From NCBI GenBank assembly GCA_964598845.1, contig CAZRDM010000002.1:35428-99427 (forward strand): 64,000 nt of DNA, read 5' to 3'. The first letter of the stretch is position 1; the number at the start of each line of letters is the position of its first letter. This stretch comes from an uncultured Candidatus Bathyarchaeia archaeon. Its GTDB lineage: Archaea; Thermoproteota; Bathyarchaeia; 40CM-2-53-6. A model generated the notes under the pieces. That model was not told the origin of the DNA. It worked only from the letters and a program-made list of their open reading frames with translations, and ran no database searches. The translations under genes and the position numbers were made by a program. Shown one piece after another: positions 48,655-58,909 of the stretch.

Positions 48655-50175
48655 CTATGGTCTCTTGGAAGCGATTCGTATTCGTCTTCGAAGTAGAATC
48701 TTGTTGATCGCTTCAATCATTGCCTCAACGCTCGCAACCACTACGTCTTCTCTGGCTGCACTTGCTGATACAACAGTTCCGCTCGCGTCTTCAACTTTGA
48801 CCAATGCTTCCGCCAGAGCGTCGGACCCACCGGTGATAGCTTCGAGTCTGTACTCTTTCAACCTGACTTGTACGGATGAGTCGGTAATTTTCTGAACCGC
48901 CCTGATAGCTGCATCCACAGGGCCGACGCCCGTCTCAGCGGATGTGTATTCTTTCCCGTCAAGCTGTAGCCGTACTGAAGCCGTCGGCACTAGTCCTTTC
49001 CCAGTGACAACGGCAAGATCGACCAAGTCTAGGACCCGTTCCTTCTGCGAAGCTTTTCCCAAGACGGCCTCAGTTATCGCGATCAAGTCGGCGTCGGTTA
49101 CTGTCTTGCCCTTGTCTCCGATATCCTTGACCCTTGAAACGATTTCAACGAGTTGATTCTTGTCAGGGAAGTATCCAGCCTCCGCTAGCTGTGCTGCTAT
49201 TCCATGAGCACCTGCATGCTTCCCGGCTTGGAACCAGCGTTTGCGGCCAACGAGCGCAGGGTCGTAGGGCTCATAGGTCAACGGCATCTCCGTAATGCCA
49301 TGCGTGTGAATTCCAGACTCGTGGCCGAATGCGTTGTCGCCGACAACCGCCTTGTTCGGTTGGACACGGGCACCCGTGAGAGCGGCCACAAGTCGCGATG
49401 TCTCGTATAGGAGTTCTGTCTTGATGTTCGTCTTTCGATTGTATAGTCGGTGAAGTGACATCACGAGCTCTTCTAGAGAAGTGTTGCCGGCTCTTTCGCC
49501 GAGGCCATTCACAGTCACGTGTGCTTGGCATGCGCCGGACTCGATCGCCGCCAGGCTATTTGCGACAGCAAGGCCGAAGTCATTGTGACAGTGGATACTG
49601 ACCGGCCTCTTAACGGCCGAGACTACCTCTCTTGTGATTGCTGCGATATTCTTCGGAAACGAAATTCCTACCGTGTCTGGGATATTGACGCGATCGGCGC
49701 CTGCGCTTTTGGCAGTCTCGTAGGCCTCTCTGAGAAAACTCTTCTCAGTTCGGGTAGCATCTTCAGCAGAGAACTCAACCTTCACGCCATGCGATTTTGC
49801 ATAGGAGACTGAATCCGTTATTCGTTCGAGGACCTGCTGACGGCTCAGTTTCAGTTTGTGTTCAAGGTGTATGTCCGAGGTCGCGATGAAGACGTGCACA
49901 CAGTTCACATTTGAGCTTATGGCGGCATCAATGTCGATCTTATTCGCCCGAGCTAAGCCTACGACTTCGCATGATAGGCCTGCCTTTGCCACAGCTGAAA
50001 CGGCTTCCTGTTCTCCGTTTGAGGCTATCGGGAAACCTGCTTCTATCGCGTCAACGCCTAGCTTGTCAAGTTGTTGTGCGATTCGAACCTTCTCCTCCGG
50101 AGTCAGAGAGACCCCGGGAGTTTGTTCTCCGTCTCTTAACGTGGTGTCAAAGATCCGAACGGTCATTTCGTCCAT
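48655..50175 (-). CDS. leuA: 2-isopropylmalate synthase (with C-terminal regulatory domain)
   Basis: DTTLRDGEQ and HCHNDFGLAVANSLAA (the HxH metal site). 506 aa. Confidence 0.9.
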   Translation of the reverse strand: MDEMTVRIFDTTLRDGEQTPGVSLTPEEKVRIAQQLDKLGVDAIEAGFPIASNGEQEAVSAVAKAGLSCEVVGLARANKIDIDAAISSNVNCVHVFIATSDIHLEHKLKLSRQQVLERITDSVSYAKSHGVKVEFSAEDATRTEKSFLREAYETAKSAGADRVNIPDTVGISFPKNIAAITREVVSAVKRPVSIHCHNDFGLAVANSLAAIESGACQAHVTVNGLGERAGNTSLEELVMSLHRLYNRKTNIKTELLYETSRLVAALTGARVQPNKAVVGDNAFGHESGIHTHGITEMPLTYEPYDPALVGRKRWFQAGKHAGAHGIAAQLAEAGYFPDKNQLVEIVSRVKDIGDKGKTVTDADLIAITEAVLGKASQKERVLDLVDLAVVTGKGLVPTASVRLQLDGKEYTSAETGVGPVDAAIRAVQKITDSSVQVRLKEYRLEAITGGSDALAEALVKVEDASGTVVSASAAREDVVVASVEAMIEAINKILLRRRIRIASKRP

Positions 50176-50181
50176 TGACGA

Positions 50182-51234
50182 TCACTTTGCCGAAATTCGG
50201 CTTGAGATTGCCTCCCCCATCTCCGAAGTGCTTAGTCTACCTCCAAGATCAGGAGTCACCTCTCCGGCCGCTAAGCAGGCTTCCACTGCGATGCGGATTG
50301 CATGGGAGGCCTTCGCTCCGTTCTGATCGTGTTTCTTTGCACTCAGCCAATCAAGCATCATTGCCGCTGAGAGGATCAGGGATGTGGGATTTGCGATGCC
50401 CTTACCCGCGATATCCGGTGCGCACCCGTGTACAGGTTCAAAGATGGCATAACTTTCGCCGATGTTCGCTGAAGGTGCAAGTCCCAGCCCCCCAACAACT
50501 TGCGCCGCCTCATCCGAAAGAATGTCGCCGAACATATTGGTGGTTACAATAACATCGAATTCCTCAGGATTTCGAATTAGATTCATTGCAGCAGCATCGA
50601 CAAGCATGTCTGAGAGGTGGATGTCGCTGTACGATGCGGCGACCTCTTTGCAGACTGACAGGAAGAGTCCATCTGTTTTCTTCATTACGTTTGCTTTGTG
50701 TATTGCAGTTACTCGCATCCTTCGTTGACGGGCCAGCTCGAAAGCGTACTTTGCAATCCGATAGGAGGCTCTTCTGGTGATCACGCGTGTTGCAGTAGCC
50801 CTTTGGTCGTCGCCCTCTTCTAGGCCCGAATACAGATCTTCAGAGTTCTCCCTGACGATCACAAGGTCTATTTGCGAACTGATACTGGGAACATTTGGAA
50901 GCGATTTCGCAGGGCGAACATTAGCGTACAGGTCCAGTTCTTGCCTCAGACGGACAATGACATCGTAGGCTGATTCTCCAACGGGGCCTTTCAGGCAACA
51001 ATCGCTTTTGCGGATTGTTCGCAGGCTATCCTCAGGTAATGCTTCGCCGCGACTTTTCAACGCCCGGTCCCCCGCTTCGACCGGAATCAAATCCAACGAT
51101 ACGGCAAAGGCACTGCCAACCCGGTTCAGAACGTCTCTTGTTGCTGCTGCCTGCTCAGGGCCGATTCCATCGCCTTCGACAAGTGCAATAGAATAGGTCG
51201 TAGATGGTCCTCCTACTTCTGAAGGCCGGACCAT
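50182..51234 (-). CDS. leuB: 3-isopropylmalate dehydrogenase (ORF extends to 51333; the likely start MVRPS... would overlap the ilvC 3' end by about 22 nt)
   Basis: [23 protein letters not shown] and [12 protein letters not shown] are diagnostic. Confidence 0.85.
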   Translation of the reverse strand: MVRPSEVGGPSTTYSIALVEGDGIGPEQAAATRDVLNRVGSAFAVSLDLIPVEAGDRALKSRGEALPEDSLRTIRKSDCCLKGPVGESAYDVIVRLRQELDLYANVRPAKSLPNVPSISSQIDLVIVRENSEDLYSGLEEGDDQRATATRVITRRASYRIAKYAFELARQRRMRVTAIHKANVMKKTDGLFLSVCKEVAASYSDIHLSDMLVDAAAMNLIRNPEEFDVIVTTNMFGDILSDEAAQVVGGLGLAPSANIGESYAIFEPVHGCAPDIAGKGIANPTSLILSAAMMLDWLSAKKHDQNGAKASHAIRIAVEACLAAGEVTPDLGGRLSTSEMGEAISSRISAK

Positions 51235-52202
51235 CTCCTGATTTCCGCGCCGACTTTTTCTATGGAATGTTGCTCGAGTTTTCCCATCATCTGCTTGAGT
51301 TGCTCGGAAGCCTTCGCGGGCTCTCTGGTCCAAGACTTCGCGAACTTTCCGGATTGGATGTTTCTCAAAACTCTCCTCATGTTCTGGCGGACTTTCCGAT
51401 CGACCACTTTTGGTCCCACAGTCAGACCGCCGAACTTCGCGGTGTCTGAAACTCGACGTAACATCCCCACGAATCCATATTGGTAGACTAGGTCCATTAT
51501 GAGCTTCATCTCGTTGCAGGTTTCGTAGTATGCGAGTTCAGGGGAATATCCGGCATCTACCAGCGTCTCGTATCCTTCAAGAATGAGACACATCAAACCG
51601 CCCACAAGGACTGCTTGCTCCCCGAACAGGTCGGATTCAGTCTCGTCTTTGAATGTGGTTTCAATGACACCCGCTCGAGAGCAACCGATTCCCTTGCAGA
51701 GCGCCAAGACGAGTTCACGCGCTTGTCCTGAGGCGTTTTCATGGACAGCGAACAAGGCTGGGACGCCGAAGCCATTGATGTAGAGTTCGCGCAGTCGCTG
51801 CCCTGGGCTCTTAGGCGCCACCATGATTACATCTACGTTCTTGGGAGGAACAATATCTCGGAAGTGTATGTTGTATCCATGAGAGAAACTCAATGCTTTA
51901 CCCGTTTCGAGATGCGGCTCGATATCCGACTTGTAGACAGAGGGTTGCTGCGGATCCGGAATTAACAGCAAGATCGTGTCTGCTTGGGCAGCTGCGTCGG
52001 CGATCGCGAGGGGTTGAAAGCCATCACTCATTGCTAGCTGCCAAGAATTGCCTTCTCGACGGAGCCCCACAAGGATTTCGGCGCCAGAGTCTCGCAGGTT
52101 CAGGGCTTGGGCTCGGCCTTGACTTCCGTAACCGATAACGGCGACCTTGGCTTGACGAATCGGGGCCTCATCAATATCATTATCGTAGTATACCTTCACC
52201 AT
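51213..52202 (-). CDS. ilvC: Ketol-acid reductoisomerase
   Basis: The Rossmann motif [21 protein letters not shown] and the metal-binding domain. 329 aa. Confidence 0.9.
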   Translation of the reverse strand: MVKVYYDNDIDEAPIRQAKVAVIGYGSQGRAQALNLRDSGAEILVGLRREGNSWQLAMSDGFQPLAIADAAAQADTILLLIPDPQQPSVYKSDIEPHLETGKALSFSHGYNIHFRDIVPPKNVDVIMVAPKSPGQRLRELYINGFGVPALFAVHENASGQARELVLALCKGIGCSRAGVIETTFKDETESDLFGEQAVLVGGLMCLILEGYETLVDAGYSPELAYYETCNEMKLIMDLVYQYGFVGMLRRVSDTAKFGGLTVGPKVVDRKVRQNMRRVLRNIQSGKFAKSWTREPAKASEQLKQMMGKLEQHSIEKVGAEIRRWSGLQK

Positions 52203-52717
52203 TTCGCGGCACTCTCCGATGGGACGATTTCGCGAGATAGAGCTACGGCGCCTGTCCTCGCCACCTCCTTGAGTCCAAAGTTTCCAGCAAGTTTGATGAA
52301 AGCGTTGATCTTGTCCGGATCGCCGGAGACCTCGACCGTTAAGGTATCTGGAGATACGTCCACGATATTGCCACGAAACGTCTCAATGTAGTTCATTATC
52401 TCGGGTCTCATTGCGGGAAACCCTGGTGAGAACTTGATGAGGGCCAGTTCACGTATGGTTGCACTCCTTTCTTCTAGTGGCGAGACACTTCGGACATCGA
52501 TCAGTCTATCGATGTTCTTCAACACCTGATCGAATCGATTGTAGTCTGAGAACATTGTGAATGTCATTCTTGCGCAGCCCGGAGTTTCAGCTGGGCCGAC
52601 TGCAATGCTCTCAATGTTGAAGGATTTCCTACGAATGAGGTTGGTGATCCGAAATAACACTCCCGGTTTGTGTTCGACCAGTGCGGATATGATGCGAAGT
52701 TGCGTATCCTGACTCAT
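52196..52717 (-). CDS. ilvH: Acetolactate synthase small (regulatory) subunit
   Basis: ACT domain ([28 protein letters not shown]). Confidence 0.85.
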   Translation of the reverse strand: MSQDTQLRIISALVEHKPGVLFRITNLIRRKSFNIESIAVGPAETPGCARMTFTMFSDYNRFDQVLKNIDRLIDVRSVSPLEERSATIRELALIKFSPGFPAMRPEIMNYIETFRGNIVDVSPDTLTVEVSGDPDKINAFIKLAGNFGLKEVARTGAVALSREIVPSESAAKW

Positions 52718-54447
52718 CCGACAATCATCTCCCTAATTCCAGCGCCCGGCGGGAGCATTGGAAGGACGTTTTCTTCGGGTGATATTGGAACGTCGATTAC
52801 TGTTGTGACTGGGGAACGTATTGCCCTGTTGACGGCGGCCTCCAGCTCCGGAATGGTGTCGACGCGAACGCCTTCAGCCCCATAGGCCTGGGCCAGTTTC
52901 ACGAAATCGGGTGATCGACCCAGCTGGACACCTGAATATCGTCGATTGTAGAAAAATCGCTGCCATTGCGCGACCATCCCCAGCATACTGTTGTTTAATA
53001 TGATCACGGTGACGGGAATCTGTTCCTCGACGCTGGTGGCGAGGGAGTTTTCCGTCATTCGGAAGCTTCCGTCGCCAGCTATGTCAATAACTGGAACCTC
53101 CGGTCGTGCGACTTTGGCGCCGAGCGCTGCTGGGAATCCGAAACCCATCGTTCCCAAACCTCCTGAACTAAAGAATGTTCCTGGTTCGATCACTTGGAAG
53201 TGCTGCTCGCACCACATCTGATGTTGACCCACCTCCGTGGTTACTATCGCCTTGGACGGTATGAATCGCCGAATCATCTTGACTGTCTCCGCTCCACTCA
53301 GGCGCGAGCCATTGCCGTCAAATTCGGTGCCTGCCATTACCATCACTTCTTGGACACGTTTGACCCATGCCTCGCGGTGTTGCCCCATCAACTCGACTTG
53401 GACTTCACCTATCAGCGCCTGCAATGCCTTCTTGGCGTCGGCTACCAGTGAAACTACTGGGGCTTTGTAGTTCTTGCCGATCTCTGCTCTGTCCGCATCG
53501 ATGTGAATGACCTTTGTATTTGGAGCGAACTTCTCCATTTTGCCGGTGGTTCTGTCGGAAAATCTCGAACCTATGGCGAAGAGCACATCGCATTCTGGAA
53601 TTATCTTGTTTGTTCGCTCGGAGCCGTGCATTCCCATGCAGCCAAGAGCCAGTGGATGGTTCTCCGGGAATGCTCCCTTACCCATGAAAGAGGTTGCGAC
53701 CGGTGCGACTATGAGTTCGGCCAGCGCTTGGAGCTCATGATATGCGTTCGCGATCTTCACACCCCCGCCAGCAAGTATGATCGGACGCTGCGCGCCAAGC
53801 ATTGTACGAGCAATAGTCTTGATTATTGTCGGATCAGGATCAGGTAACGGCTGATAGTTCGGGAAATCAATATGGTCTGGGAATTCGACGTCGTCCTCGC
53901 CTTGCTGAACGTCTTTGGGAATATCTACTAAGACTGGCTGCGGACGTCGAGCCACCGCTAGGTAGAAAGCTGCCTTGATCGCGTAGGGTATTTCTCGCAC
54001 GCGCAGTGGTTGAAAGGTATACTTTGTTACCGAGGTCGCCATTCCAATCACATCTGTCTCTTGAAATGCGTCTGACCCGATTACGAAGGATGGAACTTGT
54101 CCCGTTATCGCGACGACTGGCGACGAATCCATGTATGCGGTTGCTAGGCCGGTCATCAGATTCGTCGCTCCAGGGCCCGAAGTTGCGATACATACTCCGG
54201 CTTTCCCAGAGACGCGCGCAAAGCCATCAGCCATGTGGGCTGCCGACTGTTCGTGCCGCACTAAGATGTGTCGTATCCCTCTGTAATCTGGCGGGGTGTA
54301 TCCTAGGTTTTGGTAGTCGTAGAGGACGTCGTAGATAGGAATGTTGGCTCCACCTGGAAGCCCAAAGACAACTTCTACTCCTTCTCTTTGCAGGGTTTCA
54401 ATGAGAGCCTGCGCGCCAGACATCTTGCCCAATGTTTGGATTTTCAC
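52714..54447 (-). CDS. ilvB: Acetolactate synthase large (catalytic) subunit
   Basis: TPP-binding GDGSF and FAD-binding motifs. 577 aa. Confidence 0.9.
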   Translation of the reverse strand: MKIQTLGKMSGAQALIETLQREGVEVVFGLPGGANIPIYDVLYDYQNLGYTPPDYRGIRHILVRHEQSAAHMADGFARVSGKAGVCIATSGPGATNLMTGLATAYMDSSPVVAITGQVPSFVIGSDAFQETDVIGMATSVTKYTFQPLRVREIPYAIKAAFYLAVARRPQPVLVDIPKDVQQGEDDVEFPDHIDFPNYQPLPDPDPTIIKTIARTMLGAQRPIILAGGGVKIANAYHELQALAELIVAPVATSFMGKGAFPENHPLALGCMGMHGSERTNKIIPECDVLFAIGSRFSDRTTGKMEKFAPNTKVIHIDADRAEIGKNYKAPVVSLVADAKKALQALIGEVQVELMGQHREAWVKRVQEVMVMAGTEFDGNGSRLSGAETVKMIRRFIPSKAIVTTEVGQHQMWCEQHFQVIEPGTFFSSGGLGTMGFGFPAALGAKVARPEVPVIDIAGDGSFRMTENSLATSVEEQIPVTVIILNNSMLGMVAQWQRFFYNRRYSGVQLGRSPDFVKLAQAYGAEGVRVDTIPELEAAVNRAIRSPVTTVIDVPISPEENVLPMLPPGAGIREMIVG

Positions 54448-54864
54448 TCCTTTAGAATCCAGACCCGCCTTCGAACCGATTCAGTTCGAAAACGAGCTAC
54501 TGAAGAATGATGACTACGAGCGTGACAATCACTGAAAGAAGTTGCAGCGAGTCTTTCTTGAAGCGCTTGAGAGAGTTCGCCATCGCGCTCGTAGACCTTG
54601 AAGCTTACGTCGGCTCACTAGCTCTCTAATAAATCTGTCGTCAATACGCTCCGTCCGTTTCGCGTTCTATTTTTCATGTCTCTCAATCGATTGGGGTGTG
54701 TGTTGAGCACGGAAGAATTTCGTTCCACTTACGGTGACGACACGCGTCCGCATAATTCAGGAAGAAGCCCAAAAGGGTACGCAATGACTCCGGTTGAACA
54801 GCTTGAGAATATTCTTCAAGCAGGCCCACACTCTCAGACATTCTGCCATTCGGTGTCATGCCAT

Positions 54865-55281
54865 ATGCGCATCCGCCGTTTTCAACTTCAGGATTATGAC
54901 AGAGTATTGACGCTCTGGAAAGACGCTGGTTTGCTCCTGCGCCCGGGAGACGAGCTCGAGGGCCTCAAACTGAAACTGCAACGGGACCCTGACCTGTTCC
55001 TGATCGCTGAGGATGAAGGTGAGATAGTGGGGGTTGTACTCGGTGCATGGGATGGAAGACGCGGCTGGATCAACCATCTCGCTGTAAGGCCGAACCACCA
55101 GCGGAAAGGTGTTGGCAGCTCGCTTCTCCGAGAGTTAGAGGCACGTTTAGCAGAGAAAGGGGCCCCCAAGATCAACGCACAAGTTTACCAGTGGAACACG
55201 AAGTCGATTGAATTTTTCAAAGCAAACGGGTATGAGGTCCATTCTGACCTCGTAATGGTGGGAAAATATCTCAAGAGATAG
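54865..55281 (+). CDS. GNAT-family N-acetyltransferase (ORF begins at 54676; likely start MRIRRF)
   Basis: Acetyl-CoA-binding motif QRKGVGSSLL (Q/RxxGxG/A). Confidence 0.7.
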   Translation: MRIRRFQLQDYDRVLTLWKDAGLLLRPGDELEGLKLKLQRDPDLFLIAEDEGEIVGVVLGAWDGRRGWINHLAVRPNHQRKGVGSSLLRELEARLAEKGAPKINAQVYQWNTKSIEFFKANGYEVHSDLVMVGKYLKR

Positions 55282-55356
55282 ACGTACGAACTTATTTGCG
55301 AGAGTGTGCGTTGTAAAGCCCTCTTGTCCATTGCTTACATAGGATGAATTCTGCTC

Positions 55357-56517
55357 TTGTCCCTTCCAAGTCTCCCGAAGTTCGCGGAGGAACTGAGGAA
55401 CAAGCCCATAGATTCATTCATCTCAAGACTGCTGGAGATGCCGCCTGAGAGCAATGTATCGAAGATCATAGGTATGCTTAAGGAAGGTGGGGCATACGAA
55501 GCTTTCTTGCCAGAGGGCTCCCGTTGCGGGATTATCTCTGCCAGAGACGTTTTGAAGACCGCTAACGTTGAAGCTACGAAGCCGTCGGCCCTGATGTCCT
55601 ATGCCCCGGTACTTTCCAGAGAAGCATCGGTCGGCTTGGCTGCGAGACTGATGGCCGATTACAGAATACGAGCCGTTCCTGTAACCGACGGACGCAGGAT
55701 CGTGGGTCAAATAAACTCTGTGAGCCTACTCCAAGAGCTAAGAGGAAAGATCGATCGCGACCTGAGGATATCGTCAATCACTACAAAGAACCCGATCACG
55801 GTCGAAGCAGGGGCTTCGGTTGCGAAGGCCAAGGACATCATGGCAAGAAAAAGAATCGATCACCTGCCGGTTATGAGCAATGGGCATGTAACTGGCATCA
55901 TAACTTCCATCGATATTGTTTCTCGAATCCCTCCACAGGAACGTGTAGGTAGCAGGTCTATGAAACCTGAGATACGACGAAGTTTCGACTTTGCTGTCCG
56001 TGATGCCATGGACCCGACACCCCTGACCTGCGCACCGGAAATAGAGGCAAAACAGGCGTTGGATAAGATGCTAGACGGGGGAAAGACCTACATTCTCGTC
56101 ACGCAATGGGACGAGCTTCAAGGGATAGCGACCTACAGAGATTTTATGACGCTACTCGCGGAACCAGAGCCTGAACCTGAAGTCCCAATGTTCATGGTTG
56201 GGCTTCCTGAAGACCCATTCGAGGCCGAAGCCACGAAAACGAAATTCAAGCGAACGATTAATCAACTACACCGAAGCTTTCCCGACATCCTCGAAGCAAG
56301 GTCGGTGGTTAAGGCCAAGTTCAGTAGACCCGGCAAAGAGCGAGGTCGATATGAGGTGACGGTGCACATCAGAACCTCCAAGGACACGTACACGTACTCT
56401 GAAGGCGGCTGGGAGCTGCCAGCTATATACGACGCGATTACGGACAGACTAAAACGACTACTTACACAGAAACAAAAGCGAAGAAAACGTGAGAGGGAAC
56501 GGACCGAATATATCTGA
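55357..56517 (+). CDS. CBS-domain (4x) protein with a C-terminal HPF/RaiA-like (ribosome hibernation factor-like) domain and a basic tail
   Basis: The CBS pairs are IISARDV/IRAVPVTD and MARKRIDHLPVMSN.../ILVTQWDELQGIATYRDF. The C-terminal ~90 aa (FKRTINQLHRSFPDILEARSVVKAKFSR...RYEVTVHIRTSKDTYTYSEGGWELPAIYDAITDRLKRLLTQKQKRRKRE) align position by position with E. coli HPF/YfiA (VVLKVEK...[40 protein letters not shown]). Confidence 0.6.
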   Translation: MSLPSLPKFAEELRNKPIDSFISRLLEMPPESNVSKIIGMLKEGGAYEAFLPEGSRCGIISARDVLKTANVEATKPSALMSYAPVLSREASVGLAARLMADYRIRAVPVTDGRRIVGQINSVSLLQELRGKIDRDLRISSITTKNPITVEAGASVAKAKDIMARKRIDHLPVMSNGHVTGIITSIDIVSRIPPQERVGSRSMKPEIRRSFDFAVRDAMDPTPLTCAPEIEAKQALDKMLDGGKTYILVTQWDELQGIATYRDFMTLLAEPEPEPEVPMFMVGLPEDPFEAEATKTKFKRTINQLHRSFPDILEARSVVKAKFSRPGKERGRYEVTVHIRTSKDTYTYSEGGWELPAIYDAITDRLKRLLTQKQKRRKRERERTEYI

Positions 56518-56550
56518 TCAAGCTTCAGGCTGCTAAGGGGAGGACTAGAA

Positions 56551-58575
56551 TTGCTCTTACCCGCGAGGATGAGACGAGTCGAAATAATTGTACCGCAAAG
56601 GAACTTTGAAGATGCCATGCTCTATCTTCGCGAGCAGAATGCAATCGAGCTACTCGACGTAAAGGAGATGATCAAAGGATACGGAGGAGGAGTCAGGCCC
56701 GCCCCTGTTTCAGAGAGGCTTTATCGACTAACGACTCTCGAATCGAAAATTAGTTCGTTAGTCAGCACACTCACACTGGATTCGTTGCCTCCGACGCCTG
56801 TCCCCGTGGAGCTGCGCATCTCGGACGAGAAGACAGTTGAGGTCGAGAAAAAGGCCGCAGAGATCGAGCAGCAAGTCACCTCAACTACCAACGAGGCTCA
56901 AGCTCTGGAATCCCTCATCACATACGCCGAGCAACAGTTGAAGCTTAGCATTGAAGACATCGCAAAGATTGAGAATGTGAGCTCGCCTGAAGGCAGGCAC
57001 AGGCTAGAGGAGATAGTTGCCAGCATCTTTCAAACGCTCAAGCCATCCGAAATAGAAGTGGCAGGACCTCTCGGTGACCTAATACAAGCAAAGGCTCTAG
57101 AAGACGCTGTAGTCAAGGACATTACAGACAACGTCGCAAGGATTATGCGTGGAAAACGAGACGAAGGAGCAGTCGCAGACGCCATCACTCAGACTTTGGG
57201 TTTGAAGCTAAAAGCAGCTCTCAGAAGCAAACGCCTAGCATATGAAGCAACAAGTAGGATTGAAGAAGCGAAGAAACGTCTGAGTCAACTCCGTGAGAAA
57301 CTCGCCGAAATAAGCCGTGTCGAGGGGGAGTACCTGCTTGTTCAGCGCGAGGTCATTGCAGCTGAACGGGCCTTCGAACAGGCGAAGGGGTTCTGCGGGA
57401 AGACCGAATCCACGTACATGATCGAAGGATGGATGCCCTCCTCGAAGGTCAGCCGTATCCGATCTGAGCTCAAGGAAATATGTGCAGACGAAGTCATTAT
57501 GAAGGATTGGTCGAGTACACATGCACCAACAAGCCTGCAGAATCCGAAGCTTCCAACTCTCTCGATATTCGAGAAACTCACCGTGGGCTTCGGGATTCCG
57601 AAGAGTGATGAGGTTGATCCGACGGTTCTTTGGCTCGTGACTTACCCGATTTTCTTCGGTTTCATGTTTGGAGACGTAGGGAACGGCCTTGTCGTAATGC
57701 TGATCTCCAGCTTAATTTACCTCTACAAGAAACGCGGGCTAGTGATCCAAGACACCGCCTTCGGCGGATTGGGCGGAGTTTTCAACATGGTCGTTCAAGG
57801 TTCGCCCCTGCTTATACTCAGCGGAGGATCAGCATTCATCGTTGGTTTTCTCTACGGGACTGTTTTTGGGAATCCAGAATGGTTCGAGCTGATAACCGGC
57901 CTACATGGACCTTTATGGTTTGAACCCTTTGAGAATATTCGACTTATGCTCAGACTATCCATAACTATCGGAGTCATCCACATACTGTCCGGACTTCTCC
58001 TGAACGTATTCAACCAAGTCTACGCCAAGGAATACCGCGAATTGATCTCAGGCCCTGTTGTCTGGATCTGGTTCTACGGAGCATTCGGCATAACGCTCCT
58101 ACAGTATGGACTCAGATTTCCCAACTACCTCTTCGACCCACGAAGTGCAACCGACATCTTTCTACGCATGGGCGTTCCGCTGATAGCGATGATGGCCTTG
58201 AAGCTCTGGGCGGAAGGCGGAATGGGGTTAATGCACGCTTTTGAATCCATGTTAGCGTCGCTCTCCCACACGATATCCTACGTTCGAATACTTGCGATGA
58301 AGTTGATCGACGATGTATTCCTTCGCCTATTTTTGGGAGTCTTGGCATTCTTCACCGCCTGGGGTAACCTAATGGGAAGCGCGATTGGTTGGGTTCTGTT
58401 CGCGGCACTGACCACTATCCTCATACTGATACTGGAAACCGCCTTCGTCTTCATGCAATCGCTTCGACTTCACTGGGTGGAGTGGTTCCTCAAATTCTAC
58501 ACCGGAAGCGGAACAGCCTTCAAACCGTATGGAATCGAGAGAACCTACACGAAAGTACAGACTGGCCTGATGTGA
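56551..58575 (+). CDS. atpI: A-type (V-type) ATP synthase subunit I
   Basis: 674 aa with an N-terminal cytoplasmic coiled-coil domain and a C-terminal membrane domain of about 8 TM helices containing the conserved Arg region (RLHWVEWF). Confidence 0.85.
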   Translation: MLLPARMRRVEIIVPQRNFEDAMLYLREQNAIELLDVKEMIKGYGGGVRPAPVSERLYRLTTLESKISSLVSTLTLDSLPPTPVPVELRISDEKTVEVEKKAAEIEQQVTSTTNEAQALESLITYAEQQLKLSIEDIAKIENVSSPEGRHRLEEIVASIFQTLKPSEIEVAGPLGDLIQAKALEDAVVKDITDNVARIMRGKRDEGAVADAITQTLGLKLKAALRSKRLAYEATSRIEEAKKRLSQLREKLAEISRVEGEYLLVQREVIAAERAFEQAKGFCGKTESTYMIEGWMPSSKVSRIRSELKEICADEVIMKDWSSTHAPTSLQNPKLPTLSIFEKLTVGFGIPKSDEVDPTVLWLVTYPIFFGFMFGDVGNGLVVMLISSLIYLYKKRGLVIQDTAFGGLGGVFNMVVQGSPLLILSGGSAFIVGFLYGTVFGNPEWFELITGLHGPLWFEPFENIRLMLRLSITIGVIHILSGLLLNVFNQVYAKEYRELISGPVVWIWFYGAFGITLLQYGLRFPNYLFDPRSATDIFLRMGVPLIAMMALKLWAEGGMGLMHAFESMLASLSHTISYVRILAMKLIDDVFLRLFLGVLAFFTAWGNLMGSAIGWVLFAALTTILILILETAFVFMQSLRLHWVEWFLKFYTGSGTAFKPYGIERTYTKVQTGLM

Positions 58576-58603
58576 GAACGGAAAACTTAAGCTGCGATTA
58601 GAA

Positions 58604-58880
58604 TCAGGCGCGAATCGGAGAACTGCTCAGAAGGCATTCCCTGTGACTCTGAATGATCCTGTCCAGTTCAGCCCTTAGTCTGGAACTTGGGATGTAGCCG
58701 ATAACCTCGCCTATCACGCGGCCTTGACGGAACATCTTGATTGTGGGAAGCCCCACGATTCACCCTCAAATTTCGTCGGGGTCTTTCTCGGTTTTCTGGT
58801 CATCTCAGTCGCATGGAAATAGATGAACCAGCCGCAACGGTTTGACGGCTTCTGTTTATATTGAGCTCTGTCGCTTTCCT
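58604..58880 (-). pseudogene. trx: Thioredoxin pseudogene (frameshifts; active-site region degraded)
   Basis: The minus strand reads ...TPTKFEGES then, after a frameshift, VGLPTIKMFRQGRVIGEVIGYIPSSRLRAELDRII. That matches the thioredoxin C-terminal half (..PTLLLFKNGEVV..VGA..K..L...I). The upstream VKPLRLVHLFPCD resembles a corrupted vlVdFwA.WCGPC. Confidence 0.5.
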
Positions 58881-58909
58881 ACCAGACATAGGACCAGGAA
58901 GACAATCCA

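Noticed and set aside
49856-50968. ORFs antisense to leuA and leuB
   Set aside because: They are shadow ORFs. The sense-strand products carry diagnostic enzyme motifs.
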